This document shows, one piece after another, positions 19,402-29,157 of a stretch of DNA of 64,000 nucleotides (position 1 is the first letter of the stretch; every line of letters starts with the position of its first letter). The DNA comes from Jatrophihabitans sp. (GTDB lineage: Bacteria > Actinomycetota > Actinomycetes > Mycobacteriales > Jatrophihabitantaceae). The stretch lies in the NCBI RefSeq assembly GCF_036399055.1, contig NZ_DASWNX010000033.1, one strand, 5' to 3'. The position numbers and the translations under genes are program-made. The notes beneath the pieces were generated by a model. It was not told the DNA's origin. It saw only the letters and a list, made by a program, of their open reading frames with translations, and did no database searches.

Positions 19402-19717
19402 GACTGTCCCGACTGCCGTCCGGCGTGCCATCGCTGTCCGGCTCACCCTCGGCAGCCCATGTCATCTGGTATCGGAGCACCGTGGGACTGAACTCGACGC
19501 CGGCCGCCACCGCCTGCTCTGCCGTCAGCAGGTCGGTGTCCGGGTCGCCGTCCGGGTGGCCCAACATCGCCTCTTCGGTGTCTATGGTCTGCGGCTCGGC
19601 GGTGTAGCCGAGCTCAGCCGCCGCGACCCGACCGGAGTGCAGCGTCGATTCGAGGATGGACAGGTCGCCGGTGAACGGCACGGTTCCCTGGTAGGTCCAG
19701 GTCGGTAGATGCGTCAT
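19382..19717 (-). CDS. Small acidic hypothetical protein
   Basis: 111-aa ORF with GC-biased third positions; no family recognised. Confidence 0.5.
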   Translation of the reverse strand: MTHLPTWTYQGTVPFTGDLSILESTLHSGRVAAAELGYTAEPQTIDTEEAMLGHPDGDPDTDLLTAEQAVAAGVEFSPTVLRYQMTWAAEGEPDSDGTPDGSRDSLSDSVG

Positions 19718-19817
19718 GACGACACTCTCTCACTTCCAGCCACCTCGTTCACCTCAGCGCCACCCGCTGCTCGAGACATCCTGGTCGAGCGGCTCCGCCG
19801 GCTTGTACGGTGAGAAG

Positions 19818-20021
19818 ATGGCGATCAGCAAGGGTGACAAGGTCACGTGGAACACCTCGCAGGGCCTCACTCACGGCCACGCCGTGGAGAAGAAGACGGC
19901 GCCGTTCAGTCACGCCGATCAGAAGTTCAACGCCTCGCCGGACGAGCCGTACTGGATCGTCGAGTCGGACAAGTCCGGGGCCAAGGCAGCGCACAAGGAG
20001 TCCTCGCTCAACCCCGGCTGA
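19818..20021 (+). CDS. DUF2945 (Tudor-like) small protein
   Basis: KGDKVTWNT...NASPDEPYWIVESDKSGAKAAHK matches the family pattern. Confidence 0.85.
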   Translation: MAISKGDKVTWNTSQGLTHGHAVEKKTAPFSHADQKFNASPDEPYWIVESDKSGAKAAHKESSLNPG

Positions 20022-20167
20022 CCGGCTCAGGCCGCCGGCCAACCTCGGCTCTAGCCGTAGTCAGCACCAAGCAGGCGCCCAGAGACTGCGCCTACCAGGC
20101 CGCCCGCCTCACCTTCGCTCATCAGCGCCCCAGCCCGCCGCCAAGCGTGCGGAGCCGCGCCGGGAAG

Positions 20168-20971
20168 ATGACCACCATGACCAACGACCTGCCGCCGACC
20201 GTAGGCCGCCTCGCCCCATTGGGCCGCCGGTTGTTCGCGGAGTTCCTCGGCACCGGGCTACTCGTCGCGGTGGTCGTCGGTTCCGGCATCGCCGCCCAAC
20301 AGCTGTCACCTGAGGACATCGGCCTGCAGTTACTGGAAAACAGCACCGCCACTGTGTTCGGGCTGGCAGCGTTGATCCTGATGCTCGGCCCCGTCTCCGG
20401 AGCGCACTTCAACCCGGTGGTGTCGTTGGCAGACTGGTTCCTCGGGCGCCACACAGAAGCCGGCCTCAGTGTTCGGGACGTGGCCGCCTACATCGCCGTC
20501 CAGTGTGTGGGCGGTGTCGGCGGGGCGCTGCTGGCTAATGCGATGTTCGGCGTGGGCACCCATATCTCCACCAAGCACCGAGCAACGGGTGGCCACCTGC
20601 TCGGCGAGGCCGTCGCCACTGCCGGATTGCTGTTGCTCATCTTCGCCCTCGCACGCACCCAGCGAGGCGCTCTGGCAGCGCCGGCCGTCGGCGCCTACCT
20701 CGGCGCCGCGTACTGGTTCACCAGCTCCACCAGCTTCGCCAATCCCGCGGTCACCATCGGGCGAGTCTTCTCCGACACTTTCGCCGGCATCGCGCCTTCT
20801 TCGGCGCCAGGGTTCATCGGCATGCAACTTCTCGGCCTGATCGCCGGAATAGTGATCGTGCTGATTCTCTACCCCAGTGCCGGTGACCAAGCCGACGATG
20901 TCGTCATCCCACACCGAGACACCGACAGGGGTGCGCATCCCGAGTCGCTGGACCGAACACCGCCTTCCTGA
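20168..20971 (+). CDS. Aquaporin/MIP channel, arsenic-cluster associated
   Basis: AEFLGT, SGAHFNPVV, FTSSTSFANPAVT. Confidence 0.92.
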   Translation: MTTMTNDLPPTVGRLAPLGRRLFAEFLGTGLLVAVVVGSGIAAQQLSPEDIGLQLLENSTATVFGLAALILMLGPVSGAHFNPVVSLADWFLGRHTEAGLSVRDVAAYIAVQCVGGVGGALLANAMFGVGTHISTKHRATGGHLLGEAVATAGLLLLIFALARTQRGALAAPAVGAYLGAAYWFTSSTSFANPAVTIGRVFSDTFAGIAPSSAPGFIGMQLLGLIAGIVIVLILYPSAGDQADDVVIPHRDTDRGAHPESLDRTPPS

Positions 20972-21031
20972 CCTGCCGCTGTCCCTCGGCCGGCTGCGCT
21001 TTGTAACCGCAGCCGGCTTGGGCGCCGGTGG

Positions 21032-21496
21032 CTAGCAGCAGGCGCCAGAAGCCGCGGGCTCGGCCTGCGCGCCGATCTCGGCTCCGCAGCACGTGCTGCC
21101 GGCTTCGGCCGGCTCGGCGGAGAAGGTCTGGCTGTCGGCCAGCACCGTGTACACCTCCCAACGTTCACCGTTGGGCGCGCCTTCGACCCAGAACTTGTCC
21201 TGCTTGGCGTAGCAGCAGGTGGCGCCGCGTTCGTCGATCGAGGTCAGGCCGGCTCTGCCGAGGCGGGTCTGCTCGGAATCGACGGTGTCGATGTCGGGGA
21301 CCTCGACACCCAGGTGGTTGATGCTGCCGCCCTGGCCGGGGTGCTCCAGCAGGACGAGTTTCAGCGGCGGCTCGGCCACGGCGAAATTGGCGTAGCCGGG
21401 GCGGATCTTCGCAGGCTCGGTGTTGAACAGCTTGGCGTAGAAGGCGATCGACTCGTCGAGGTTGTCGACGTTGATGGCCAGTTGGATGCGGGACAT
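21032..21496 (-). CDS. arsI: ArsI/CadI-family VOC metalloenzyme
   Basis: MSRIQLAINV, RPGYANF, NHLGVEV, TCCYAKQDKFWV with vicinal Cys pair. Confidence 0.9.
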   Translation of the reverse strand: MSRIQLAINVDNLDESIAFYAKLFNTEPAKIRPGYANFAVAEPPLKLVLLEHPGQGGSINHLGVEVPDIDTVDSEQTRLGRAGLTSIDERGATCCYAKQDKFWVEGAPNGERWEVYTVLADSQTFSAEPAEAGSTCCGAEIGAQAEPAASGACC

Positions 21497-21509
21497 GCTT
21501 GCCTCCGAG

Positions 21510-21569
21510 ATTTAGATGGGCGTCTATGTCTTGGTCAAGGTTGCCTGAGACATAGACAGCTGTCAATAT
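21510..21569. promoter_or_regulatory. Two imperfect 20-bp palindromic ArsR-type operator boxes in the divergent arsI/arsR promoter
   Basis: atttagatgggcgtctatgt (21510-21529) and acatagacagctgtcaatat (21550-21569), both near ACATAGAC-N4-GTCTATGT. Confidence 0.65.
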
Positions 21570-21575
21570 AGATCT

Positions 21576-21932
21576 ATGTCGAAGTCTTTGCTTCCGTTGC
21601 TGACCCCGGCGAGCCCGGTCGCGTGCTGCAGTCCGCTGGCGCAGGAGCCGTTGTCCGCCGAGCAGGCGGAGCAGGTGGTCCCGCTGTTGAAAGCGCTGGC
21701 CGACCCGGTGCGGCTGCGGCTGATGTCGCTGGTGGCCTCCCGGGAGGGCGGTGAGGCCTGCGTCTGCGACCTGGCCGATGCCTTCGACCTGTCACAGCCC
21801 ACGATCAGCCACCACCTGAAGGTGCTGCACCAAACCGGCCTGCTGGATCGGGAGAAGCGGGGGGTCTGGGTCTACTACCGGGCGCGCACGGACGCCTTGG
21901 CTGAGCTGGGCGCGCTGATCGGCCAGTCATGA
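21576..21932 (+). CDS. arsR: ArsR/SmtB repressor
   Basis: KALADPVRL, EACVCDL, SQPTISHHLKVL; N-terminal CC. Confidence 0.93.
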   Translation: MSKSLLPLLTPASPVACCSPLAQEPLSAEQAEQVVPLLKALADPVRLRLMSLVASREGGEACVCDLADAFDLSQPTISHHLKVLHQTGLLDREKRGVWVYYRARTDALAELGALIGQS

Positions 21933-22327
21933 TCATCAAGCCCAGTGTCCTGTTCGTGTGCGTGCACAATGCCGGACGCTCCCAGATGGCCGCCGGCTGG
22001 CTCATGCACCTGGCGGGCGACCGGATCGAGGTTCGCTCGGCGGGTTCTCAACCGGCCGAGCAGATCAATCCGATTGCCGTGCAGGCTATGAGCGAGGTGG
22101 GAATCGACATCACCACCGAGCAGCCCAAGCTGCTCACCGTCGGCGCCGTACGCGACTGCGACGTCGTCATCACCATGGGCTGTGGCGACACCTGCCCTGT
22201 CCTTCCGGGCAAACGCTACGAGGACTGGGAACTCGAAGACCCCGCCGGCAAGGACATCACCGTGGTACGGCGCGTGCGAGACGACATCCGTGATCGGATC
22301 GAAGCGCTTGCCGCCGAGCTTGGCTGA
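21929..22327 (+). CDS. arsC: Arsenate reductase (LMW-PTP fold)
   Basis: CVHNAGRSQMA P-loop, TMGCGDTCP, WELEDP. Confidence 0.93.
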   Translation: MIIKPSVLFVCVHNAGRSQMAAGWLMHLAGDRIEVRSAGSQPAEQINPIAVQAMSEVGIDITTEQPKLLTVGAVRDCDVVITMGCGDTCPVLPGKRYEDWELEDPAGKDITVVRRVRDDIRDRIEALAAELG

Positions 22328-22444
22328 CGGTGCTTGGCACGCCTATTGGCCGGGCGCACCCACACGCATCCTCGAGCCTGCGCAAGATCGCGCATTTCGC
22401 CCTGCCCGACGAAGTGCGCACGAGGGAACAAGTGGCCGCCCTTC

Positions 22445-23152
22445 TCAGGCGAGGGCACCCTCGGAGTCGATCAGGATCACGTCGAGCGTGCGCGGACCGT
22501 GCACGCCCTCGACGCGGTGAAGCTCGATGTCGCTGGTCGCGCTGGGACCGCTGATCCAGGTGAGCGGCCGCCCCGCGTCGAGCTGGGCCAGGGCCTCGGG
22601 CACCCCTGCGACGATCTGCTCGCACTCGAGCACGATAAGCAGGTAGTCCGGCACCAGGCTGAGAGCCCGGCGGCCCTGGCCCGGCCCGGCGTCGAGCACG
22701 ATGGTCCCGGTCTCGGCGATGGCAAGCGCGCAGGTGCACAGCACGCCGTCGATCCGGTCCAGCTGCACAGGCGTCAACGCCTCATCGGCGCGACGCTCAG
22801 CGCTGGTGTCAATCAGCCACCGCTCAGGAAAACCGTCGGGAACCAGCACCGATTCAATGCGATGCCGACTCAGCCGCTGCGCCAGCACGGCGGCGACGCC
22901 GGCCGGCTCGCACCGGGTGACGGTGGCGCGGTAGTCGACCAGCCGATCGATCAGCAGGTCCGCCAACCCCGCCCGGTGCGCCGGGCCGGCAGGAGCGCCG
23001 CCAGCGGGATCGCCCGCGCTAACCTCGCCGGCCCGGCGGTAGCGCCGCGGTAGCGCCGCGGGAGCGCTGACCTCCCCGGCGCCGGGGGCCGGGCCGCGAA
23101 CCGGCGCCAGAGCGGCGCTGATCCTGGCCAGCACCTCGTCGCGGGCCGTCAT
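22445..23152 (-). CDS. lutC: Lactate utilization protein C (LUD domain)
   Basis: AIAETGTIVL, ISGPSATSDIE, GVHGP. Confidence 0.92.
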   Translation of the reverse strand: MTARDEVLARISAALAPVRGPAPGAGEVSAPAALPRRYRRAGEVSAGDPAGGAPAGPAHRAGLADLLIDRLVDYRATVTRCEPAGVAAVLAQRLSRHRIESVLVPDGFPERWLIDTSAERRADEALTPVQLDRIDGVLCTCALAIAETGTIVLDAGPGQGRRALSLVPDYLLIVLECEQIVAGVPEALAQLDAGRPLTWISGPSATSDIELHRVEGVHGPRTLDVILIDSEGALA

Positions 23153-24621
23153 CGCTGCTCGGACCACCAGTCGCGAAACGACTGCGCCGGCGGCTGCGGC
23201 AGATCCCTAGAGTTCACCCAGGACGACAGCGGCGGCGGCAACAGGCGGCGCCCCGCGCCGGACCTGCTGAGCCGGGACAGCTGAGCCAGCCGGCCCAGTC
23301 GAGCGGCGCGCAGCAGCCACGTCCAGCGCCGGCGACCTCGCATCGCCCAGGACGCTGCCGCCATGCCGGCTGCCTCAGCGGTGGGCAGCCGGTGGCCAGC
23401 CGCCTTGTCCTGGTTGACCCGGTCGCGCAAGTGCACCAACATCGTCGGGATGTCGATGGCCACCGGGCAGACGTCGTAACACGCCCCGCACAGCGTGGAG
23501 GCGAACGGCAGGCTGGCGTTGTCGGCCACTCCGGTCAGCTGGGGAGACAGCACCGCCCCGATGGGCCCGGGGTACACCGAGCCGTAGGCGTGGCCGCCGG
23601 TGCGTTCATAGACCGGGCAGACGTTGAGGCAGGCCGAGCACCGGATGCACCGCAGGGCAGCCCGGCCCTGCTCGTCGGCCAGCGTGGCGGTGCGGCCATT
23701 GTCCAACAGGACAAGGTGAAACTCTTTCGGCCCGTCGCCGGGATGCACGCCGGTCCAGATGGAGGTGTAGGGGTTCATCCGCTCGCCGGTGGAAGACCGC
23801 GGCAACAGCTGCAGAAACACCTCTAGATCAGTGAAGCTGGGCACCAGTTTCTCGATGCCCATCACGGTGATCAGGGTCTCCGGCAGCGTCAGGCACATCC
23901 GGCCGTTGCCCTCGGACTCCACGATCACCAGGGCGCCGGTTTCGGCGACCGCGAAGTTCGCGCCGCTGATCGCCACCTTGGCGCTCAGGAACTTCTGCCG
24001 CAGGTACCGGCGGGCCGCCTCGGCCAGCGCGGCCGGCTCATCGGTCAACTCCGGGTCGACACCGGCCATCTCGGACAGGAAGATGTCACGGATCTCGCTG
24101 CGGTTGCGGTGGATCGCGGGAACCAGGATGTGGCTGGGCCGGTCGTGTCCCAGTTGCACGATGAGCTCGGCCAGGTCGGTCTCGAACGCCAAAATGCCAG
24201 CCGCTTCGAGAGCCTCGTTCAGGCCGATCTCCTGGGTGGCCATCGACTTGACCTTCACGACCTCGCGTGAGCCCGTCGCCATTACCAGCTCGGTGACGAT
24301 CCGGTTGGCTTCGGCGGCATCTCGCGCCCAGTGCACCACCCCGCCCCGCTCGGTGACCCGCGCCTCGAGCTGTGACAGGTAGCTGTCCAGGTTGGCCAGC
24401 ACCTCGTCCTTGATCGCCGCGGCGGCGGCCCGCAGCTCCTGCCAGTCCTGGACCTCTGCCACCACCGCGGCCCGTTTGGCGCGGATGGCGCCGGTGGCGT
24501 TGGCCAGATTGCGCCGGAGCTGGGGGTTGGCCAGCGCGGCCTCGGCGGCGTCGGGAAACGACTGCTCACCGCGCAGCTGCCCCACTCCGGGCGGAGCGGT
24601 CGGCATGCCCAGGTACGTCAT
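23149..24621 (-). CDS. lutB: Lactate utilization Fe-S protein B
   Basis: VKVKSM, ETDLAE, CIRCSACLNVCP and STLCGACYDVCP ferredoxin motifs. Confidence 0.95.
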   Translation of the reverse strand: MTYLGMPTAPPGVGQLRGEQSFPDAAEAALANPQLRRNLANATGAIRAKRAAVVAEVQDWQELRAAAAAIKDEVLANLDSYLSQLEARVTERGGVVHWARDAAEANRIVTELVMATGSREVVKVKSMATQEIGLNEALEAAGILAFETDLAELIVQLGHDRPSHILVPAIHRNRSEIRDIFLSEMAGVDPELTDEPAALAEAARRYLRQKFLSAKVAISGANFAVAETGALVIVESEGNGRMCLTLPETLITVMGIEKLVPSFTDLEVFLQLLPRSSTGERMNPYTSIWTGVHPGDGPKEFHLVLLDNGRTATLADEQGRAALRCIRCSACLNVCPVYERTGGHAYGSVYPGPIGAVLSPQLTGVADNASLPFASTLCGACYDVCPVAIDIPTMLVHLRDRVNQDKAAGHRLPTAEAAGMAAASWAMRGRRRWTWLLRAARLGRLAQLSRLSRSGAGRRLLPPPLSSWVNSRDLPQPPAQSFRDWWSEQR

Positions 24622-25364
24622 ACCAGCGCCGGCTCGGACCGGGTGCTGGCCAGAATCTGCGCCAGATGCAGGGTGCGGGCGCCGACGTGCAGCCGGGACA
24701 GCCCACCGCCGATGTGCATCAGACACGAGGAGTCCCCTGCTGAGCAGACCGTCGCCTCGCTCGCCCGGACCGCGGCGACCTTGTCGGCCAGCATCGCCGC
24801 CGACACCGCGCTGTTCTTCAGGGCGAAGGTCCCTCCGAAGCCGCAACAGGAGTCCGCGGCGGCCAGTTCGACGAGCTCGATGTCGGCAACGGCTCGCAAC
24901 AGGGCCATCGGCTTGTCGCCGACCCGCAGCAGCCGCAACGAGTGGCAGGTCGGGTGGTAGGCGACCCGGTGCGGAAAGTGCGCGCCGACGTCGGTGACGC
25001 CGGCGACGTCGACCAGGAATTCCGACAGCTCGTAGGTGCGCGCGGCGACCGCCTCGGCGGCCACGGCAAGCCGCTCGTCGCCGAACCGGCGCGCGGTGTC
25101 GGCGTGCTGGTGCCGGATCGAGCCGGTGCATGACCCACTCGGCGCCACGATGGCCTCGAAGTCGGCGAACACCTGAGCCTGACGACGGATCAACGGCAGG
25201 GCCTCAGCGGGATAACCGGTGTTCAGGTGCATCTGGCCGCAGCAGGACTGCTCCTGCGGAAACACCACCTCGTGCCCCAGCCGCCGCAACAGCCGCACCG
25301 TAGCCCGGGCGACGTCGGGAAACAGCCCGTCAACCAGGCAGGTCGCGAACAGCGCGACTCTCAT
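24618..25364 (-). CDS. lutA: Lactate utilization protein A (CCG domains)
   Basis: MRVALFATC, QSCCGQ, YHPTCH, CCGFGGTF. Confidence 0.95.
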   Translation of the reverse strand: MRVALFATCLVDGLFPDVARATVRLLRRLGHEVVFPQEQSCCGQMHLNTGYPAEALPLIRRQAQVFADFEAIVAPSGSCTGSIRHQHADTARRFGDERLAVAAEAVAARTYELSEFLVDVAGVTDVGAHFPHRVAYHPTCHSLRLLRVGDKPMALLRAVADIELVELAAADSCCGFGGTFALKNSAVSAAMLADKVAAVRASEATVCSAGDSSCLMHIGGGLSRLHVGARTLHLAQILASTRSEPALV

Positions 25365-25699
25365 CGACGGCCTCCTCGCGCGGTTGCGGGGTCTGCAAGG
25401 CGACGATACCTCGCTCCCATCGCTGGCCACCCGGCCCGTCATGCGGGATTTACTTGGGTTTGGGCTGTTCCTGCCGACTGCAATAGCGACGCTGCGGGCG
25501 AGGCCGCGCGCTACACGCAGCGCCCACCAGTCAGGTGCTGACCGTTCCGCAGTCAGCGGCCGCATGGGACCAGCACCTGGCCCTGTCGCGGAAGCCCTTG
25601 TCCGGCCAATTCGCCAGGGGTTCCTATTTTGTTACCCAGTGCCTAGATTGACGCTAGGTGGGGCGCCTTCGCGCCCCGAAGGAGAGGGACAACCCCGAT

Positions 25700-27418
25700 A
25701 TGCGCAGATCCCGGATCATCGTCGCGGCAGTGGCCGTGGCATTGGCCGTGCCGGCACTGGCCGTGAGCAGTGCTGGCGCCACGTCACAGAACGCCGATCA
25801 CCAGTCCGACCAGGGCGCGGCGACGTCCTACGTCGTGCTCACCCAGGCCGGCGAGTCAGCCCAGACGCTGGCTGAGCAGTTGCGCGCCGACGGCGCGAGC
25901 GTCACCTCGGTCAACGAGGCGATCGGACTGCTCACGGTCACCTCGCGCAACACCGGGTTCGTCTCCCGGACCCGTGGGCTGGCCGGCGTCGAGGGCGTCG
26001 GCCGCGACCGCTCGATCGGCTCCCATCCCGAGGCAGCCGGCCCGCGCGACGCAGTCGAGAACGAGGCCCAACTGGCCGCCGTCGCCGGCAACGCGCCTGC
26101 CGCGGCCACCTCGGCACGGCCCGGCGACCCGCTGGACAGCCTGTTGTGGGGCATGGACATGATCAACGCTCCCGCCGCGCACCAGATCGAGCGAGGCGAC
26201 CACCGGGTCACCGTCGGCATCCTCGACACCGGGATCGACGGCGACCACCCCGACCTGCACTCCAACTTCAGCAAGAAGCTGTCGCGCAACTTCACCACCG
26301 ACATCGTCGACATCGACGGCCCGTGCGAGTTCGCCGGCTGCGTCGACCCGGCGAACTGGGACGACAGCGGGCACGGCACCCACACCGCCGGCACTGTCGC
26401 GGCCGCGCTCAACGGCATGGGCCTCAGCGGCGTGGCGCCCGGCGTCACGCTGGTCAACATCCGGGCCGGCCAGGACAGCGGCTACTTCTTCCTGGGCCCG
26501 GTCACCAGCGCCCTCACCTACGCCGGCGACGCCGGCCTCGACGTGGTGAACATGTCGTTCTACCTCGACCCGTGGCTCTACAACTGCGCAGGCGGAGCGC
26601 CGGAGGACAGTGCCAGCGCGGCGGCCGATCAGGACGTTGCCATCGAGGCGATCACCCGTGCGATCAACTACGCCAACGGCCACGACGTCACGCTGGTCGG
26701 CTCGCTGGGCAACAACCACGAGGACCTGTCCCAGCCGCGCCATGACGTCTCCAGCCCGGACTACGGCGCCGACCCCTACGAGCGCACGATCGACAACGCC
26801 ACCTGCCACATCTTCCCGGTCGAGGGCCCCAACGTCATCGGCGTCTCCTCGCTCGGCCCGTCGGGCAAGAAGTCGGACTTCTCCAACTACACCACCGACC
26901 TCACCTCCGGTGAGATCGAGGTGTCGGCTCCCGGTGGCTGGTTCCGCGACGGCTTCGGCACGCCGACCTACCGCGCCAACGGCAACCAGATCCTGTCCAC
27001 GGCGCCGACCCACATCCTGCAGAACTCAGGCCAGGTCGACGCCTCCGGCAACATCACCCCGGCCGGCGTGGCCGCCGGTGTGCAGAAGGCGTGCGACGAC
27101 GAGGGCAAGTGCGGCTTCTACCGCTACCTCCAGGGCACCTCGATGGCAGCGCCGCACGCCACCGGTGTCGCCGCCCTCGCGATCAGCGCCCACGGGCACA
27201 AGGACGCCAGCCCCGCTCGCGGGTTCACCTGGGAGCCGGCCTCGGTGGCGGCTCTGCTGGCCGCCACCGCGACCGACCACGCGTGCCCCGCTGGTGGAGT
27301 CCAGTCCTACACCCAAGAGGGACGCTCGGCGGAGTTCACCGCCACCTGCGTCGGGACGCCGGAGTTCAACGGCTTCTACGGCGCGGGCATCGTCAACGCC
27401 CTGGGAGTCGTCCAGTAA
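25700..27418 (+). CDS. Secreted S8 (subtilisin-like) serine peptidase with propeptide
   Basis: Signal peptide; catalytic triad ILDTG, HGTHTAG, GTSMAAPH. Confidence 0.95.
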   Translation: MRRSRIIVAAVAVALAVPALAVSSAGATSQNADHQSDQGAATSYVVLTQAGESAQTLAEQLRADGASVTSVNEAIGLLTVTSRNTGFVSRTRGLAGVEGVGRDRSIGSHPEAAGPRDAVENEAQLAAVAGNAPAAATSARPGDPLDSLLWGMDMINAPAAHQIERGDHRVTVGILDTGIDGDHPDLHSNFSKKLSRNFTTDIVDIDGPCEFAGCVDPANWDDSGHGTHTAGTVAAALNGMGLSGVAPGVTLVNIRAGQDSGYFFLGPVTSALTYAGDAGLDVVNMSFYLDPWLYNCAGGAPEDSASAAADQDVAIEAITRAINYANGHDVTLVGSLGNNHEDLSQPRHDVSSPDYGADPYERTIDNATCHIFPVEGPNVIGVSSLGPSGKKSDFSNYTTDLTSGEIEVSAPGGWFRDGFGTPTYRANGNQILSTAPTHILQNSGQVDASGNITPAGVAAGVQKACDDEGKCGFYRYLQGTSMAAPHATGVAALAISAHGHKDASPARGFTWEPASVAALLAATATDHACPAGGVQSYTQEGRSAEFTATCVGTPEFNGFYGAGIVNALGVVQ

Positions 27419-27452
27419 GTAGATGTGACCGGCCTCGGCCGGAAGTGCACGA

Positions 27453-27483
27453 GCGCGGCGGCGACCTGAGGTCGCCGCCGCGT
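27453..27483 (+). terminator. Strong hairpin after the S8 peptidase
   Basis: cgcggcggcgacc-tga-ggtcgccgccgcg followed by ttc. Confidence 0.75.
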
Positions 27484-27612
27484 TCGTCTGTCACCGGCTG
27501 CGGCAAGCGTGGCGACTGTTCCCGGTGACCTGTCAGGATCGCCCAGCAGCCAGGATCGCCCAGCAGTCAGGATCGGCACCCCAGTGGGGACGGCGCCTGC
27601 CGAGCTCGAAGT

Positions 27613-27659
27613 GAGCCGACAAGGAGACTTGAACTCCTAACCGCCCGATTACAAGTCGG
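27613..27659 (-). repeat. 47-bp duplication of the 3' part of tRNA-Thr (att site)
   Basis: Matches 30986-31032 with one mismatch (a27621 vs g); lacks the D arm and 5' acceptor strand. Confidence 0.95.
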
Positions 27660-27772
27660 TTAGGGGTTGAATCCGCACGTGTGTCATCTGCCGGGACCCG
27701 AGGGTGCCCTATACGGTTTGCAGAGGTGTAGCGGGGTGTTACACCCCCGTCCCGTCAAGGAGCAGACCCGTC

Positions 27773-27941
27773 GTGCTATGCGTACAACCGGTCCCACGTC
27801 CAGGGGCCGGACCCGCAACCCACCAGTCTCGACCCTGACGGGCTGCCCTTCGTGCTCGATGACGACAGGTGCCCCGTCGAAGACCTGAACGCCTGGCTCC
27901 GCTCGCTGCGCGAGCGGACCCGAGGTGAATCGCGCAGGTAA
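27773..27941 (+). pseudogene. Possible N-terminal remnant of a tyrosine integrase
   Basis: Frame 27777-27941 reads YAYNRSHVQGPDPQPTSLDPDGLPFVLDDDRCPVEDLNAWLRSLRER*. AAGGAG plus GTG at 27773 is out of frame by one base. Lies next to the att repeat. Confidence 0.45.
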
Positions 27942-27996
27942 TCGGTGCTGTCGCCGTCCTATGGCACGCTTTGCTCAGAATAGTGAGGGGACACGC

Positions 27997-29157
27997 ATGG
28001 CGACGGGGGCCAGAGATAAGTATTGGTCGGAGCAGGCGTTACCCAGCGTCTTCAAGCACACCCTGCTCGACAAGTACGTGCCCCCGTTCGCCGGGATGAC
28101 TGGCTCAATTGGGCGTCGGGTTGTCTACCTCGATGGCTACGCCGGACGAGGGCGGTACGCCAACGGCACGCCCGCGTCTGCCGAGAAGATCATGATGGTC
28201 GCGCAGAAGCAGTTTGAGAGCGTTGGCCTCGCCTGGACCTGTTTTTTCGTTGAGCAAGATGCAGAATCAGCCCGCGTTCTGCACGGAGTTGTCTCCGAGT
28301 ACGTCGCCAAGGGCGTGACCGCCCACGCCCACCGGGGAGACGTGCAGGACATCCTCGACCGAGTGGTCACCTCAGCCGTCGGATGCCCCTTGTTCCTGTT
28401 CCTGGACCCCTGCGGGCTGGGACTGCCGTTTGACCGGATGAGCGGGCTCCTCAACGGTGAGCGCAAGAAGGGCTGGCCGCCCACTGAGTTTCTGCTCAAT
28501 TTCAGCCTGGAAGCCGTTCGCCGGATCGGCGGACACGTCACCGCCAGCCAGCCTAACGAGGCGACGCTGAGGCGGATGGACGGCACCGTGGGCGGCCCCT
28601 GGTGGCGCGAGCACTTCGCGGGTGGAGTTACCGACAACGCCGTCGAGGCAGTCGTTGCTGGCTTCTCCCGGCGCCTGTCCACCGCGACAGGAATGGATCT
28701 GGTGCCGGTTCCGGTGCGGCGAGCCCCCACACACAAGCCGGTCTACGACCTCATCTTCGGCACCCGCGCACCGCACGGCCTTTGGGTGTTCGGCGACGCG
28801 GTCGCGCGTAGCACGCAGGCGTGGTGGGACACCCTTGAGGAGGTCGAGGTGGACGCCCAGGCTGAGGAAGACCAGGGCTCGCTGTTCACCACCACGGCCA
28901 TCGTCCGCCCCGTCCTAGAGACGGTCGAGGAGGCCGCCCTGCCGGTTATCGCCGACAACCTGCGGACACTCCTGCGCTCCTACCCTGCCGGGTTTCGAGT
29001 GGTCGACCACACCAAGGCCGTGTTCGGCGGCTTCTACGGGCAGGTCCGGGAGTCGGTGGTCCGGAAAGCGGTCAAGGCGCTGCACCAGCAGGGCGGCACC
29101 GCCGCTACCGGCGTCGGCGGCAAGACCCGAGAGCTGGTCGTCTTGCCTCCGACTTAG
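27997..29157 (+). CDS. tcmP: Three-Cys-motif partner protein TcmP (methyltransferase-like)
   Basis: KHTLLDKY, YLDGYAGRGRY, FFVEQD, FLFLDPCG, EFLLNF, YDLIFGTRAPHG. Confidence 0.85.
   Translation: MATGARDKYWSEQALPSVFKHTLLDKYVPPFAGMTGSIGRRVVYLDGYAGRGRYANGTPASAEKIMMVAQKQFESVGLAWTCFFVEQDAESARVLHGVVSEYVAKGVTAHAHRGDVQDILDRVVTSAVGCPLFLFLDPCGLGLPFDRMSGLLNGERKKGWPPTEFLLNFSLEAVRRIGGHVTASQPNEATLRRMDGTVGGPWWREHFAGGVTDNAVEAVVAGFSRRLSTATGMDLVPVPVRRAPTHKPVYDLIFGTRAPHGLWVFGDAVARSTQAWWDTLEEVEVDAQAEEDQGSLFTTTAIVRPVLETVEEAALPVIADNLRTLLRSYPAGFRVVDHTKAVFGGFYGQVRESVVRKAVKALHQQGGTAATGVGGKTRELVVLPPT

Noticed and set aside
27613-27659. Possible second tRNA-Thr gene
   Set aside because: Only the 3' 47 nt are present, with no D arm, 5' acceptor strand or CCA. 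It is an att repeat.
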